From the NCBI GenBank assembly GCA_035490535.1, contig DATHCP010000018.1, positions 628-64,627 on the forward strand: a stretch of DNA of 64,000 nt, given 5' to 3'. The DNA is from Actinomycetota bacterium. GTDB taxonomy: Bacteria; Actinomycetota; UBA4738; HRBIN12. Numbering within the stretch: position 1 is the first letter of the stretch; the number at the start of each line of letters is the position of its first letter. This document shows positions 30,775 to 41,431 of the stretch, piece after piece. The notes beneath the pieces were generated by a model. That model searched no databases and was not told the origin of the DNA. It saw nothing but the letters and a program-made list of their open reading frames with translations. Position numbers and translations under genes: made by a program.

Positions 30775-32793
30775 CTACGCCACGCCCGCCTCGCGGAGCT
30801 GCTTCAGCTCCTTGCGGAGCTCCTGGACCTCGTCGCGCAGCCGCGCCGCGTACTCGAACCGGAGGTCCTTCGCCGCCTGGTGCATCTCCTCCTCGAGGCT
30901 CCGGATCAGGCGCTCGAGCTCCTCGGTGGGCATCTCGGGATGCGACGGGCGTCGGCGGCGCTCCGGCTTCGGGGTGGTCGGGGCGGCCTCGTCGCCGCGG
31001 AGCGACAACAGGATGTCGGTGACGCGCTTGCGGACGGTCTGGGGATCGATCCCGTGCTCCGTGTTGTACGCCATCTGGATCCCGCGGCGGCGCTGGGTCT
31101 CGGAGATCGCCAGGCGCATCGAGTCCGTGACGCTGTCGGCGTACATCAGGACCGTGCCGTCGACGTTGCGCGCGGCGCGGCCGATCGTCTGGATCAGCGA
31201 GGTCTCCGACCGCAGGAATCCCTCCTTGTCGGCGTCGAGGATCGCGACCAGCGATACCTCGGGAAGGTCGAGCCCCTCCCGCAGCAGGTTGATGCCGACC
31301 AGGACGTCGAACTCCCCCAGGCGCAGGTCGCGGACGATCTCGATCCGCTGCAGCGTGTCGACCTCGGAGTGGAGGTACCGGACGCGGATCCCCATCTCGA
31401 CCAGGTAGTCCGTGAGGTCCTCGGCCATCTTCTTCGTGAGCGTCGTGACCAGCACGCGCTGCTCGGCCTCGGTGCGCTTGCGGATCTCCTCGATCAGATC
31501 GTCGACCTGGCCCTTCGTGGGCCGGATCTCGACCTCGGGATCGATCAGGCCGGTGGGGCGCACGATCTGCTCGACCACCTTCGTCGACGCCCGCAGCTCG
31601 TAGGGGCTCGGCGTGGCCGACATGTACACGACCTGCGGCACGCGCTCCTGGAACTCCTCGAACCGCAGCGGCCGGTTGTCGATCGCCGACGGCAGCCGGA
31701 AGCCGTAGTCGACGAGCGTGCTCTTGCGCGAGACGTCCCCCTCGTACATCCCGTGCAGCTGCGGCACGGTCACGTGCGACTCGTCGAGCACCACCAGGTA
31801 GTCCTCAGGGAAGTAGTCGAGCAGCGTGAACGGCGCCGTGCCGGCCGCGCGGCCGTCGATATGTCGCGAGTAGTTCTCGATCCCGCTGCAGAACCCGACC
31901 TCGCGGAGCATCTCGAGGTCGTAGGTGGTGCGCATCCGCAGCCGCTCGGCCTCGAGGAGCTTGCCGTTGTCGGTGAGCCACGCGAGCCGCTGCTGGAGCT
32001 CCTCCTCGATCGTGACGAGCGCCTGCTTCATCCGGTCCTCGCCCGCCACGTAGTGGGTGGCCGGGAACGTGGTGTGGTCGACGATGTCGTCCTTCACGAT
32101 CTCGCCGGTGGTCGGATCGAACAGGCTGATCCGCTCCACCGTGTCGCCCCACCATTCGATCCGGTACCCGGACTTCTCGTACGGCGGGAAGATCTCGAGC
32201 GTGTCGCCGGTGACGCGGAACGTGCCGCGGGCGCGGCTGACCTGGTTCCGCTTGTACTGGATGTCCACGAGGCGCTGCATCGCGAACTCCATCGGGATCT
32301 CGGTGCCGCGGTAGACCCGCAGCAGCTGCCCCTCGTACTCCTCGGGCGAGCCAAGGCCGTAGATCGCGGAGACGCTCGCGACGATCAGGACGTCGCGCCG
32401 GCTGAGCAGCGCCGCGGTGGCCGAGTGCCGCAGCCGCTCGATCTCCTCGTTCACCGAGCTGTCCTTCTCGATGTACGTGTCGGTCTGCGGGACGTAGGCC
32501 TCGGGCTGGTAGTAGTCGTAGTAGCTGACGAAGTACTCCACCGCGTTCTCCGGGAAGAACTCTCGGAACTCGTTCGCGAGCTGCGCCGCGAGGGACTTGT
32601 TCGGCGCCATCACCAGCGTGGGCCGCTGCAGGCGCTGGACCACGTGGGCGATCGTGAACGTCTTCCCGGTGCCGGTGGCACCGAGCAGCGTGACCGCCGG
32701 GTCGCCGGCGGCGACGGCCGCCGTCAGGTCGTCGATCGCCTGCGGCTGGTCGCCGGCCGGCTCGAACTCCGAGACGATCGTGAAGGGGGGCAC
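30775..32793 (-). CDS. uvrB: Excinuclease ABC subunit B
   Basis: [17 protein letters not shown], beta-hairpin region [11 protein letters not shown]-terminal UVR domain; GTG start. Confidence 0.95.
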   Translation of the reverse strand: MPPFTIVSEFEPAGDQPQAIDDLTAAVAAGDPAVTLLGATGTGKTFTIAHVVQRLQRPTLVMAPNKSLAAQLANEFREFFPENAVEYFVSYYDYYQPEAYVPQTDTYIEKDSSVNEEIERLRHSATAALLSRRDVLIVASVSAIYGLGSPEEYEGQLLRVYRGTEIPMEFAMQRLVDIQYKRNQVSRARGTFRVTGDTLEIFPPYEKSGYRIEWWGDTVERISLFDPTTGEIVKDDIVDHTTFPATHYVAGEDRMKQALVTIEEELQQRLAWLTDNGKLLEAERLRMRTTYDLEMLREVGFCSGIENYSRHIDGRAAGTAPFTLLDYFPEDYLVVLDESHVTVPQLHGMYEGDVSRKSTLVDYGFRLPSAIDNRPLRFEEFQERVPQVVYMSATPSPYELRASTKVVEQIVRPTGLIDPEVEIRPTKGQVDDLIEEIRKRTEAEQRVLVTTLTKKMAEDLTDYLVEMGIRVRYLHSEVDTLQRIEIVRDLRLGEFDVLVGINLLREGLDLPEVSLVAILDADKEGFLRSETSLIQTIGRAARNVDGTVLMYADSVTDSMRLAISETQRRRGIQMAYNTEHGIDPQTVRKRVTDILLSLRGDEAAPTTPKPERRRRPSHPEMPTEELERLIRSLEEEMHQAAKDLRFEYAARLRDEVQELRKELKQLREAGVA

Positions 32794-32802
32794 GAGCTCA
32801 GT

Positions 32803-33576
32803 CTAGGAGCCGCCGGAGACATCCAAGCCCTCCATCCGGCCGGCGGCGATGATCCGGTCCAGGAACCGCTTCGTCTCGGGGTCCTGCGGCTCCCGGAAGA
32901 TCCGGTCCGGCGGCCCCTCCTCCAGGATCCGGCCCTCGTGCAGGAACGCGACGTCGTTCGCCACGTCGCGGGCGAACCCCATCTCGTGGGTGGCCACGAC
33001 CATCGTCATGCCGGCGTCGGCGAGCTCGCGGATCGCGTCGAGGACCTCCGCCACCAGCACCGGGTCCAGGGCGCTCGTGACCTCGTCCAGCAGCAGGATG
33101 TCGGGCTGCATCGCGAGCGCCCGCACGATCGCGACCCGTTGCTGCTGCCCGCCGGAGAGCCGGTCGGGATAGTCCTCGGCCTTGTCGCCGAGGCCGAACC
33201 GCTCCAGCAGCTCGCGGGCCTGCGCCTCGGCCTCGCGGTGGCTGCGGCCGAGCACCTTCTCCGGCGCCAGCGCCACGTTGCGCAGGATCGTCATGTGCGG
33301 GAACAGGTTGAACGCCTGGAACACGATGCCGATCCGGCGCCGGACCGCGTTCACGTCGACGCTCCCGGAGGTGATCGCGACCCCGTCGATCTCGATCGTG
33401 CCGGCGTCGATCGGTTCCAGCAGGTTGATGCACCGCAGCAAGGTCGACTTCCCGGATCCGGAGGCGCCGATCAGGCACACGACCTGGTGCGTGTCCACGA
33501 CGAGATCGATCCCCTTCAGCACCTCCAGGTCGCCGAAGGACTTGTGGAGCCCGGTGATCCGGACCGACTCGGTCAC
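32803..33576 (-). CDS. Polar amino acid ABC transporter ATP-binding protein (GlnQ/HisP-like)
   Basis: [39 protein letters not shown]; GTG start at 33576 overlapping the permease stop. The track ORF extension is out of register with the permease. Confidence 0.9.
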   Translation of the reverse strand: MTESVRITGLHKSFGDLEVLKGIDLVVDTHQVVCLIGASGSGKSTLLRCINLLEPIDAGTIEIDGVAITSGSVDVNAVRRRIGIVFQAFNLFPHMTILRNVALAPEKVLGRSHREAEAQARELLERFGLGDKAEDYPDRLSGGQQQRVAIVRALAMQPDILLLDEVTSALDPVLVAEVLDAIRELADAGMTMVVATHEMGFARDVANDVAFLHEGRILEEGPPDRIFREPQDPETKRFLDRIIAAGRMEGLDVSGGS

Positions 33577-34481
33577 ATCGCCGCCGCCTGCCGCCGGCGC
33601 TGGTCCCGCGCGATCAGCCGGTCCACGGCCCGGGCCTGCGGGATCGTGATCACGATGTACACCAGCGCGAGGGCGACGAACGGCGTGAAGTTGAAGTCGC
33701 TCTGCTGGATGATCGTCGCCTGCTGGAACGCCTCGATGATCCCGAGGAAGGCCACGAGCGCGGAGTCCTTCTGCAGGCCGATGAAGTCGTTCAGCAGCGG
33801 CGGGATCACGCTGCGGACCGCCTGGGGCAGCACGACGTGCCGCATCGACTGCCACCGCGACAGCCCGAGCGACCGGGCGGCCGCCACCTGGCTCGGATGG
33901 ACCGCCTGGATCCCCGCGCGGTATACCTCGGCCACGTACGCGGAATACACGAGGACGAGCGCCACGATCGCCCAGAAGAACTCCGAGTCCGGGATCCCCT
34001 GGAGGTTCAGGGACGGCATGCCGTAGCCCAGCAGGAAGATCACCAGGATCGTCGGCATCCCGCGGAAGACATCGGTGTACGCGGCCGACAGGATCCGCAG
34101 CGGCGTGAACACCGGACCGACGAGGCTGCGCATCACGGCGAGGAGCAGCGCGAGGAGCAAGACGAACACCTCGGCGATGCAGAAGATCGCCACGTTGCGG
34201 ACGAACTTCGACAGGATCTTCGGCAGCGAGTAGCGGAACTCCGCCGGGTCGAAGAACGACGCCTTCAGCTCGGGCCAGCCGGGCGACCGCACGATCACGA
34301 TCGCGGCGACCCCGAAGAAGATCACGGTGCTCGCGACGGCGATCCAGACGTTGCGCGCGCTCCGGTCACGCCCTCCCAGGATCCGGGACCGCGGGTCGCC
34401 GCCCGGGCGCGGGACGCGCGGGTCGCCCGGCCCGCCTCGCGGGGAGGAGACGTCCGGGCTGGGCCCGCCGCCTCCGACCAT
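33573..34481 (-). CDS. Polar amino acid ABC transporter permease (HisM/GlnP-like)
   Basis: Binding-protein-dependent permease core with EAA-like region (AARSLGLSRWQSMRHVVLPQA). The N-terminal 45 aa are low-complexity, so the start is uncertain. Confidence 0.78.
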   Translation of the reverse strand: MVGGGGPSPDVSSPRGGPGDPRVPRPGGDPRSRILGGRDRSARNVWIAVASTVIFFGVAAIVIVRSPGWPELKASFFDPAEFRYSLPKILSKFVRNVAIFCIAEVFVLLLALLLAVMRSLVGPVFTPLRILSAAYTDVFRGMPTILVIFLLGYGMPSLNLQGIPDSEFFWAIVALVLVYSAYVAEVYRAGIQAVHPSQVAAARSLGLSRWQSMRHVVLPQAVRSVIPPLLNDFIGLQKDSALVAFLGIIEAFQQATIIQQSDFNFTPFVALALVYIVITIPQARAVDRLIARDQRRRQAAAM

Positions 34482-34496
34482 GAGACTCCGTCCGGC

Positions 34497-35378
34497 TCAG
34501 CTGAAGACCGGCACGTCGGCGTCGGTCTGGAGCCACTTGTTCTGGAGCTTCGTCAGCGTGCCGTCGGCCTTGAGCGCGGCGATCGCCTGGTTCACGCAGC
34601 TCACGAGCGGGTTGCCCTTCTCGAAGGTCAGGCCGAACTGCTCCTGCTGCCCGCCGAGCGGCGGGAACTGGCCGACGATCTGGTCGGCGTAGCCGTAGAA
34701 CGCGTCCGGGAAGTCCACGACCACGCCGTCGATCTGCCCGTTCTTCATCGCCTTCAGCGCGGTCGAGAGGTCGGGATAGGCCTTCGGGTCGGTGGTCGGC
34801 TGTACGAGCTGCTCGATCACGTCGAAGCTGGTGGTCCCGACCGGCGCTCCGAGCCGCAGGTCCTTCAGGCCGGCCAGCGTCGTCACGCCGATCGCCGGCG
34901 ATCCGTTGTCGGCGATCAGGGCCTGGTTCACGTCGTAGTAGCCGTCGCTGAAGTCGACGGCCTTCTCACGCTTGGCCGTGATCGAGATCTGCTGCATCGC
35001 GAAGTCGAAGTCCTTCGGCCCCGGTGCGAACGACTTGTTGAACGGGATCCCCTCCCAGACGACCTGGTCCGGCGTGAAGCCCATCTGCTTGGCCAGCGCG
35101 TACGCGAACGCCGACTCGTAGCCCTTGCCCGTGTGCGGATCCCCCGTGTACTGGCCCGACTTCCAGTCCGAGCCCGCGACGGACGTGCCGCCATACCAGG
35201 GCAGGTACGCGGGGTTGCCGGTGGCGATCGTGAGCTGGCCGGGGGTGTGGAGGTTCAGGTCGCCGACCGCGCAGGAGGCGGCGGAGCCGCTCGCCGCCGG
35301 CGTGGTGCTCGAGGACTTCGGCGCGCATGCGGCCGCGAGAATCGTCAGAACCGTGAGACCGAGCAGCAGCTTGCGCAT
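34497..35378 (-). CDS. Amino acid ABC transporter substrate-binding lipoprotein (SBP family 3)
   Basis: MRKLLLGLTVLTILAAAC lipoprotein signal; 293 aa PBPb-like body. The track ORF is extended upstream into antisense sequence. Confidence 0.85.
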   Translation of the reverse strand: MRKLLLGLTVLTILAAACAPKSSSTTPAASGSAASCAVGDLNLHTPGQLTIATGNPAYLPWYGGTSVAGSDWKSGQYTGDPHTGKGYESAFAYALAKQMGFTPDQVVWEGIPFNKSFAPGPKDFDFAMQQISITAKREKAVDFSDGYYDVNQALIADNGSPAIGVTTLAGLKDLRLGAPVGTTSFDVIEQLVQPTTDPKAYPDLSTALKAMKNGQIDGVVVDFPDAFYGYADQIVGQFPPLGGQQEQFGLTFEKGNPLVSCVNQAIAALKADGTLTKLQNKWLQTDADVPVFS

Positions 35379-35437
35379 CGACAGGTCCCTCCCTGGGCAC
35401 TCCCGGGCGCGGAGCGTAGCAGACCCTCCCGTCCCCA

Positions 35438-36214
35438 TTACTTCCGTGGCTCCCAGGAGAAGCGCCGCGTCGCGAACAGCAGTCCGGCGATCCCCCAGAT
35501 CGCCACGACGCCGACGTCCCGCCAGGAGAACACGAAGAAAGGCTTCCCGTAGTAGGCGCCGAGGTACGCCTCGACCAGGTGCCGGACCGGGAACACCTTC
35601 CCGAGGACATCGACCCACCGGGGGGCGTTGCTGCCGATGGGGATGAACACCCCCGAGATGAACAGCAGGGGCAGGATCGTCGCGTTCACGATCGCGGGCG
35701 CCGCGTCGGCGTTGGGGATGACCGAGGTGAGGGCCAGGGCCAGCGCGGCGAAGCTGGCCGCCCCGACCAGGACCGTCACGATCGCCTCCGCCAGCGACAC
35801 GCCTGTGGGGATCTCCGCGCCGTAGAAGACCGCCCCGAACACGGAGCAGATCGAGACAAGGATCACCGCGATCACGATCGCGTGGAGCACGCGAGCGCTC
35901 AGGTAGTCGTACCCGGGCAGCGGGGTCCCTCGGGTGCGCTTGAGGATGCCCGCGTCCCGCTGGAAGGTCACGCTGATCGCAAGGTTCGTGTAGCAGGCGG
36001 TGATGATCGCGAACGCCGACATACCCGCCACGTAGTAGGTGGACTGGTTGAACGGCAGGCCGTTGACCGTCACCGTGCCCTTGCCGAGCAGCGCCGTGAA
36101 GATCACCAGGAACATCAAGGGGAACGCGAACGTGAAGAACGCCGCTTGGGGGTTCCGCCAGAACGCCCTGTTCGTGTAGCGGACCTGGCGTGCGGTGAGG
36201 GCGACGTCGTTCAC
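35438..36214 (-). CDS. ABC-2 type exporter permease
   Basis: 6-TM ABC-2 pattern (FWRNPQAAFFTFAFPLMFLV...); GTG start overlapping the ATPase stop. Confidence 0.85.
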   Translation of the reverse strand: MNDVALTARQVRYTNRAFWRNPQAAFFTFAFPLMFLVIFTALLGKGTVTVNGLPFNQSTYYVAGMSAFAIITACYTNLAISVTFQRDAGILKRTRGTPLPGYDYLSARVLHAIVIAVILVSICSVFGAVFYGAEIPTGVSLAEAIVTVLVGAASFAALALALTSVIPNADAAPAIVNATILPLLFISGVFIPIGSNAPRWVDVLGKVFPVRHLVEAYLGAYYGKPFFVFSWRDVGVVAIWGIAGLLFATRRFSWEPRK

Positions 36215-37116
36215 GTGCCAACCTCCGCTCCGGTGAGCTCGAGGTAGACGTCCTCGAGCGTCGGGCGGTGGACCTCGAGCCCGTCGAGATCCACGTGCCG
36301 TTCCAGGGCCCAGCCCGTGAGCGTGTGGAGCACCCCCGCGGGATCCTCCGTGCCGATCTCGAACGCCCCGTCCCCCACGCTCCGCTGGCCGAGTGAGGGC
36401 GGCTCCGGTGCGCCGGGCGCCAGTCGGAACCTGATGCTCGCCATCATGGTGTTCCTGCCGGCCAGCGTGGCCGGCGGGCCTTCGGCGACGATCGCTCCGT
36501 TCGCGATCACCACCACGCGGTCGGCCAGGTACTGCGCCTCGTCCATGAAGTGCGTGGTGAGGAACACGGTCTTCCCGATCGCCGCGAGGTTCTTCACGAC
36601 CTCCCAGGCGTTGCGTCGCGCGCCCGGATCGAATCCCGTGGTCGGTTCGTCCAGGAAGAGCAGCTCGGGGTCGCCGGCCAGCGCGATCGCCACGTCGAGG
36701 CGGCGTTGCTGCCCACCGGAGAGCTTGTTCACTCGGGTGTCGCGCTTCTCGGTGAGGCCCACGACCTCGATCACCTCCGCGGTCGGCCGACGCGACGGGT
36801 AGTACCCGGCGTACATCTCGATCGTCTCCGTCACCGTGAGGAAGGGATCGATCCCCGTGGATTGGAGCACGATGCCGATCCGTTCCCGCAGCGTCTGCTC
36901 GCGCTTCGCGGGGTCGTGTCCCAACACCGAGACCTCACCGGCGGTCTTGTCGCGGTAGCCCTCGAGGATCTCGGTCGTGGTCGTCTTGCCCGCGCCGTTG
37001 GGGCCGAGCATCGCGAAGACCTCGCCTCGCGCCACGTCGAAGTCGATACCGCGAACCGCCTCGACGTCGCCGTAGTGCTTTTGCAGACCACGAACGTCGA
37101 TCACGGGCTCGGTCAT
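36211..37116 (-). CDS. ABC transporter ATP-binding protein (DrrA/CcmA-like exporter ATPase)
   Basis: GPNGAGKTTT, LSGGQQRRLDVAIAL, LTTHFMDEA. Confidence 0.9.
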   Translation of the reverse strand: MTEPVIDVRGLQKHYGDVEAVRGIDFDVARGEVFAMLGPNGAGKTTTTEILEGYRDKTAGEVSVLGHDPAKREQTLRERIGIVLQSTGIDPFLTVTETIEMYAGYYPSRRPTAEVIEVVGLTEKRDTRVNKLSGGQQRRLDVAIALAGDPELLFLDEPTTGFDPGARRNAWEVVKNLAAIGKTVFLTTHFMDEAQYLADRVVVIANGAIVAEGPPATLAGRNTMMASIRFRLAPGAPEPPSLGQRSVGDGAFEIGTEDPAGVLHTLTGWALERHVDLDGLEVHRPTLEDVYLELTGAEVGT

Positions 37117-37126
37117 CGTGGGCAGC

Positions 37127-38101
37127 CTAGCCCACCCCGAAACCCAGGGTGAGGTCGACGCGGTTCCGCAGCGGCTCGCCCCGCACGAATCGGCCGAGGT
37201 TGTCGACGAAGAGCCGGACCACGTCGGCCTCCCAGCCCTCGACGTCGCCGCACAGGTGGGGCGAGACGATCACGTTCGGCATCGTCCACAGCGGCGAGTC
37301 TTCCGGCAAGGGCTCCCGCTCGAAGACGTCGAGCGCCGCGCCGCCGATCGCCCCGCGCCGGAGCGCGTCGATCAGGGCGGTCTCGTCCACCGTTCCGCCC
37401 CGGCCCACGTTCACGAAGCGGGCCGTGGGACGCATCGCCGCGAACGCCGCGGCGTCGAAGCGGTGTCGGGTCTCGGGCGTGAGCGGCAGCACGTCCAGGA
37501 TCACATCGGCCGCGCCGAGCATCCGCGCGAAGTCCTCCGGCCCTCCGATCCGGCCGAACAGCGGATCCTGTCGCGCGGCGCGTCCCACCGCGGCGATCTC
37601 CATACCCAGCGCATGCGCCCGGACGGCGACCGCGCGGCCGATCGGCCCCGGCCCGACGCTCAACAGCCGCGTGCCGGCGAGACGCCGCGTCCGGCGATCG
37701 TGGTCCCAGCGCCGGCGCTGCTGGTCGGCGATCGACGTCGCCAGGCCCGTGGACATCGCGAGCATCACGCCCACGACCCACTCGCCGATCGCGTCGTCGA
37801 AGATGCCGCGCGCGTTCGTGACGACGACGCCGCGCTCGGCCAGTTCCGGGAACAGGAGCCGGTCGACGCCGTCGCTCGCGGCCTGGATCCACCGGAGGTC
37901 CTCGGCCGCCTCCCACGCGTCCTCGAGCCAGCGGCGCTCGGCTCCCCACGCCAGAAGCGCCGACGCCCCCCGCAGGGCGCCGGGCAGCGACCCGCCGTCG
38001 GCCGCGAACCGGAGCTCCGCGACCGCCGCCGCGGCTCCGATGCCGGGCGGCGGGTCCTCGGCGGTGGCCCCGAGCACCACGACTGCGGGCCGGCCGTTCA
38101 T
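37127..38101 (-). CDS. D-isomer-specific 2-hydroxyacid dehydrogenase family, NAD-binding
   Basis: GPGPIGRAVA Rossmann motif, catalytic Arg/Glu/His context (NVGRG...D, SPHLCGD); true start MNGRPAVVVLG at 38101. Upstream track codons are Ser/Thr/Arg-rich artefact. Confidence 0.83.
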   Translation of the reverse strand: MNGRPAVVVLGATAEDPPPGIGAAAAVAELRFAADGGSLPGALRGASALLAWGAERRWLEDAWEAAEDLRWIQAASDGVDRLLFPELAERGVVVTNARGIFDDAIGEWVVGVMLAMSTGLATSIADQQRRRWDHDRRTRRLAGTRLLSVGPGPIGRAVAVRAHALGMEIAAVGRAARQDPLFGRIGGPEDFARMLGAADVILDVLPLTPETRHRFDAAAFAAMRPTARFVNVGRGGTVDETALIDALRRGAIGGAALDVFEREPLPEDSPLWTMPNVIVSPHLCGDVEGWEADVVRLFVDNLGRFVRGEPLRNRVDLTLGFGVG

Positions 38102-38108
38102 CGGTCGC

Positions 38109-38477
38109 TCATAGGGGCTTGCGGCCGCCGAAGCCGCTGTGCTCCTCGTGGAACCACGCCACGTCATCCTCGCCGAGCCGCCAGCACAAGAAGACCCGGC
38201 GCCCCTCGCGTTCGGCGGGGAAGTCGACGAGTCCGTCGTCCGCGTCGCGGAGCAGGATCCCGCGTTCCGCCAGGTGCTCCACCTCCTCCCGCAGCGTCCG
38301 CTGGTGGTCGAACCAGCCGGGCTCGGCCACACCGCCGCCGTCGCGGGAGACCGCCTCCTCGATCCGCTCGGTCGCGGCGATCAACCCCTGCCGTGCCTCG
38401 CGCAGGCGCGGCAGGCGCTCGCGGAGCTCGGGGAGCTCGGCGTTCGCCTCCTGCAGGGTGAAGAGCCGGTCGGTCAC
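38109..38477 (-). CDS. DUF2203-family protein
   Basis: LFTLQEANAELPEL ... GILLRDADDGLVDFP ... FLCWRLGE match DUF2203; GTG start overlapping the HAD stop. Confidence 0.7.
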   Translation of the reverse strand: MTDRLFTLQEANAELPELRERLPRLREARQGLIAATERIEEAVSRDGGGVAEPGWFDHQRTLREEVEHLAERGILLRDADDGLVDFPAEREGRRVFLCWRLGEDDVAWFHEEHSGFGGRKPL

Positions 38478-39175
38478 GCCGCGCCCTCGAGCGCCGCCGG
38501 CAGCTCGCGCAGATCGTCGATCCGGATGCAGTCCTCACCGGGGAAGCGTCGGCGCCGGTCGATCAGCACCGGGGTCATGCCGAGGTCCCGCGCCGGCGCC
38601 ACGTCGAACGGCGGATTGTCGCCGACGTAGGCGGCGTCGCGCGGCGCGACGCCGGCCCGGTCCAGGGCCACGCGGAACAGCGCGGGATCCGGCTTCTCGG
38701 CCCCCTCGATCCCGCTGATCGCGCGAACCGGGAACCGGTCCCGGACACCGAGCAGCCCGAGCAGATCCTCGAGCCAGGCCTCGTAGTTCGACACGATGCC
38801 GAGCGTCGGACCGTCCCCCAGCGCGTCGAGCGTCGGGCGGACGTCGTCGAACAGCGCGTAGTTCGCCGGATCGGTGAACGTGGCGTAGAGCACGTCGCGC
38901 AGTCCATCGCCCGACGGCAGCGACAAGGCCTCGAGCATCCGTCCGTACACGCCCTTCCAGAACCGCGCCGAGCGCTCCGGCGAGATCGTCCACAGCTCTC
39001 GGTCGTCGGCCGCGCGAGCGAACCCGGCGAACACCGCGGCCGACGCGTCGGTGACGGCGACCGGATCGCGATCGTGACCCGCGTCCGCGAGCACGCGTGA
39101 GAACAACTCGGGGAACGACGGCGACGGGTGCACGAGCGTCTCGCCGGCGTCGAAGAACACCGCGCGGAACCGCAT
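38474..39175 (-). CDS. HAD-superfamily hydrolase
   Basis: FFDAGETL (DxG motif I), SN (motif II), K...GDNPPFD (motifs III/IV). Confidence 0.8.
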   Translation of the reverse strand: MRFRAVFFDAGETLVHPSPSFPELFSRVLADAGHDRDPVAVTDASAAVFAGFARAADDRELWTISPERSARFWKGVYGRMLEALSLPSGDGLRDVLYATFTDPANYALFDDVRPTLDALGDGPTLGIVSNYEAWLEDLLGLLGVRDRFPVRAISGIEGAEKPDPALFRVALDRAGVAPRDAAYVGDNPPFDVAPARDLGMTPVLIDRRRRFPGEDCIRIDDLRELPAALEGAA

Positions 39176-39192
39176 CCGGGAAGGATAGGACC

Positions 39193-39798
39193 TCAGGCGG
39201 GAGCGGCGGTGCGCTCGGTCAACTCGCGCCAGAGCACCTCGACCTCGCGCTCGAGGTCCTCCAGGGTGCCCTCGTTGTCGAGCAAGACGTCGGCCGCACG
39301 CGAGCGCTCCTCGAGCGGCAGTTGTGCGGCGATCCGCGCCCTGGCGTCGTCCTCGGCCATCCCCCGCGCCACCGAACGCGCGACCTGCGTCTCGGGAGCC
39401 ACCGAGACCACCACGACGACGTCGCAGTCGCGATGGGTCCCCATCTCGATCAGCAAGGGGTTCACGAGGGCCACGACGCGGTCGGTGTCGAGGTTCTCCT
39501 GGATCCCCTCGGCCATCAGGCGGCGGACCTCCGGGTGCACGATCGCCTCCAGCTCGGCGAGGGCCGCAGGGTCGGCGAAGACGATCGCGGCGAGCTTCGC
39601 GCGGTCGAGCTCGCCGTCGGGCGCCACGATCTCGCGGCCGAACCGCTGGACGACCCGGCGGAAGCCCTCGGAGCCGGCGACGACCGCCTCGCGGGCGAAC
39701 GCATCGGCGTCCAGGATCACGGCCCCACGTTCGCGGAGCATCCCCGCGACCGTCGACTTGCCCGAGCCCAGTCCCCCGGTCAGCCCAAGCAGGAGCAT
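39193..39798 (-). CDS. coaE: Dephospho-CoA kinase
   Basis: LLGLTGGLGSGKSTVA P-loop; about 200 aa. Confidence 0.9.
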   Translation of the reverse strand: MLLLGLTGGLGSGKSTVAGMLRERGAVILDADAFAREAVVAGSEGFRRVVQRFGREIVAPDGELDRAKLAAIVFADPAALAELEAIVHPEVRRLMAEGIQENLDTDRVVALVNPLLIEMGTHRDCDVVVVVSVAPETQVARSVARGMAEDDARARIAAQLPLEERSRAADVLLDNEGTLEDLEREVEVLWRELTERTAAPA

Positions 39799-39805
39799 GG
39801 GTCGA

Positions 39806-41347
39806 TCACTCGCCGCGGCCCTCGCGGCGCTTCAGGTCCTCGAGGATCGCCTCCAGCGAGACCTCCTCCTCGGGTGCGGCCTCGGCCTCCGGCTCGGACG
39901 CCGGTGCCTCCTCGGCAGCTGCCTCCTCGGGCGCCGGCTCCTCGGCGGGAACCTCCTCGGGCGCGGTCTCGACGACCTCCTCGACGACGGCGACCGCCGC
40001 CTCGGGCTCCGCCTCCGGTTCGGCCTCGGCCTCGGGCTCGGCCTGGGCGGGGGCCGATGCCTCGGCGGCCGCCACGGCCTCGAGGATCGCCTGCGGGACC
40101 TCGATCGTCGTGGACATCTCCGGCGCCGGCTCGCGCGCCGGAGCCTCGGCCTCCACCTCGATCTCCTTCGGCTTGGGGGCCGGCGAGCTGACCTGCCGCA
40201 TCGACAGGGATACCCGACGCCGTGAGACGTCGACGTCGATCACCTTGACCTGGACCTCCTGGCCGACGCTCAGGACCGACTCCGGCGAATCCACATGCTC
40301 GTTGCTGATCTCCGAGATGTGGACGAGCCCCTCGATCCCCTGCGCGACACGGACGAACGCACCGAAGGGCACGAGCTTCGTCACCGTTCCCGTGATCACG
40401 GAGCCGGTCTTCGACGTGCGCTCGAACTCCTTCCAGGGATCCTCCTGGGTCGCCTTCAGCGACAGTGACACGCGCTCGCGCTCGAGGTCGACGTCGAGCA
40501 CCTCGACCTCGACCTCCTGGCCGACCGCGACGATCTCCTGAGGGTGGTCGACGTGCTTCCACGAGAGCTCCGAGACGTGGACCAGGCCGTCCACGCCGCC
40601 CAGGTCGACGAACGCGCCGAAGTTCACGATCGAGCTGACCGTGCCCTTGCGCCGCTCGCCCTTCTTCAGGTTCTCCAGGAACTTCTTCCGGCCCTCCGAC
40701 TGCGACTCCTCGAGGAACGCGCGCCGCGACAGCACCACGTTGTTCCGGTTGCGGTCGAGCTCGATGATCTTCGCCTCGAGCTCCTGGCCGACGAACGGCT
40801 GCAGGTCGCGCACACGGCGCAGATCCACCAGCGAGGCCGGCAGGAACCCGCGCAGGCCGATGTCGAGGATCAGTCCGCCCTTGACCACCTCGATCACCGG
40901 GCCCTTGATCGTCTGGCCGGAGCGCATGATCTCCTCGATCCGGCCCCACGCGCGCTCGTACTGCGCGCGCTTCTTCGACAGGATCAGGCGCCCTTCCTTG
41001 TCCTCCTTCTGGAGCACGAGAGCCTCGATCCGGTCGCCGACCTTGACCACCTGGTTCGGGTCGACGTCGTGGCGGATCGAGAGCTCCTTCGTGGGGATCA
41101 CGCCCTCGGACTTGTAGCCGATGTCGACGAGCACCTCGTCGCGGTCGATCTTCACGACCTCGCCGTCGACGATGTCCCCGTCCTTGAAATCCTTGAACGA
41201 CGCCTCGAGGGCCGCGATCAGCTCCTCGGGGGTCAGGTCGGGCTCGTCGCCCGCCTTCGCTGCGGCCGGCGCCGGTGCCTGGGGCTCGGGCGCCTCGGCC
41301 GTCTCGATCGCCGCCTCTTCGGGCGCGACCGTGGTCTCGTCACTCAT
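39806..41347 (-). CDS. rpsA: 30S ribosomal protein S1 (four S1 domains) with acidic Ala/Pro/Glu-rich C-terminal tail
   Basis: Repeated S1 motifs (GxVxxIxxFGAFV, VHISE); ATG at 41347 preceded by SD GGAAGGAG. Track ORF is 31 codons 5'-extended. Confidence 0.95.
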   Translation of the reverse strand: MSDETTVAPEEAAIETAEAPEPQAPAPAAAKAGDEPDLTPEELIAALEASFKDFKDGDIVDGEVVKIDRDEVLVDIGYKSEGVIPTKELSIRHDVDPNQVVKVGDRIEALVLQKEDKEGRLILSKKRAQYERAWGRIEEIMRSGQTIKGPVIEVVKGGLILDIGLRGFLPASLVDLRRVRDLQPFVGQELEAKIIELDRNRNNVVLSRRAFLEESQSEGRKKFLENLKKGERRKGTVSSIVNFGAFVDLGGVDGLVHVSELSWKHVDHPQEIVAVGQEVEVEVLDVDLERERVSLSLKATQEDPWKEFERTSKTGSVITGTVTKLVPFGAFVRVAQGIEGLVHISEISNEHVDSPESVLSVGQEVQVKVIDVDVSRRRVSLSMRQVSSPAPKPKEIEVEAEAPAREPAPEMSTTIEVPQAILEAVAAAEASAPAQAEPEAEAEPEAEPEAAVAVVEEVVETAPEEVPAEEPAPEEAAAEEAPASEPEAEAAPEEEVSLEAILEDLKRREGRGE

Positions 41348-41431
41348 CCGTTCGGACTCCTTCCGAGCACGCGGGAAGCGTTCGCCAGGGCGGGTGGGAT
41401 TTGCCCGGGCGCGGGACCACACCCCGCGGGC

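Noticed and set aside
32935-32965. GAAC-N8-GTTC near-palindrome upstream of uvrB (possible LexA/SOS box)
   Set aside because: Actinobacterial Cheo boxes are GAAC-N4-GTTC. This element has an 8-nt spacer, is not a perfect palindrome, and lies inside the ABC ATPase coding sequence. Probably chance.
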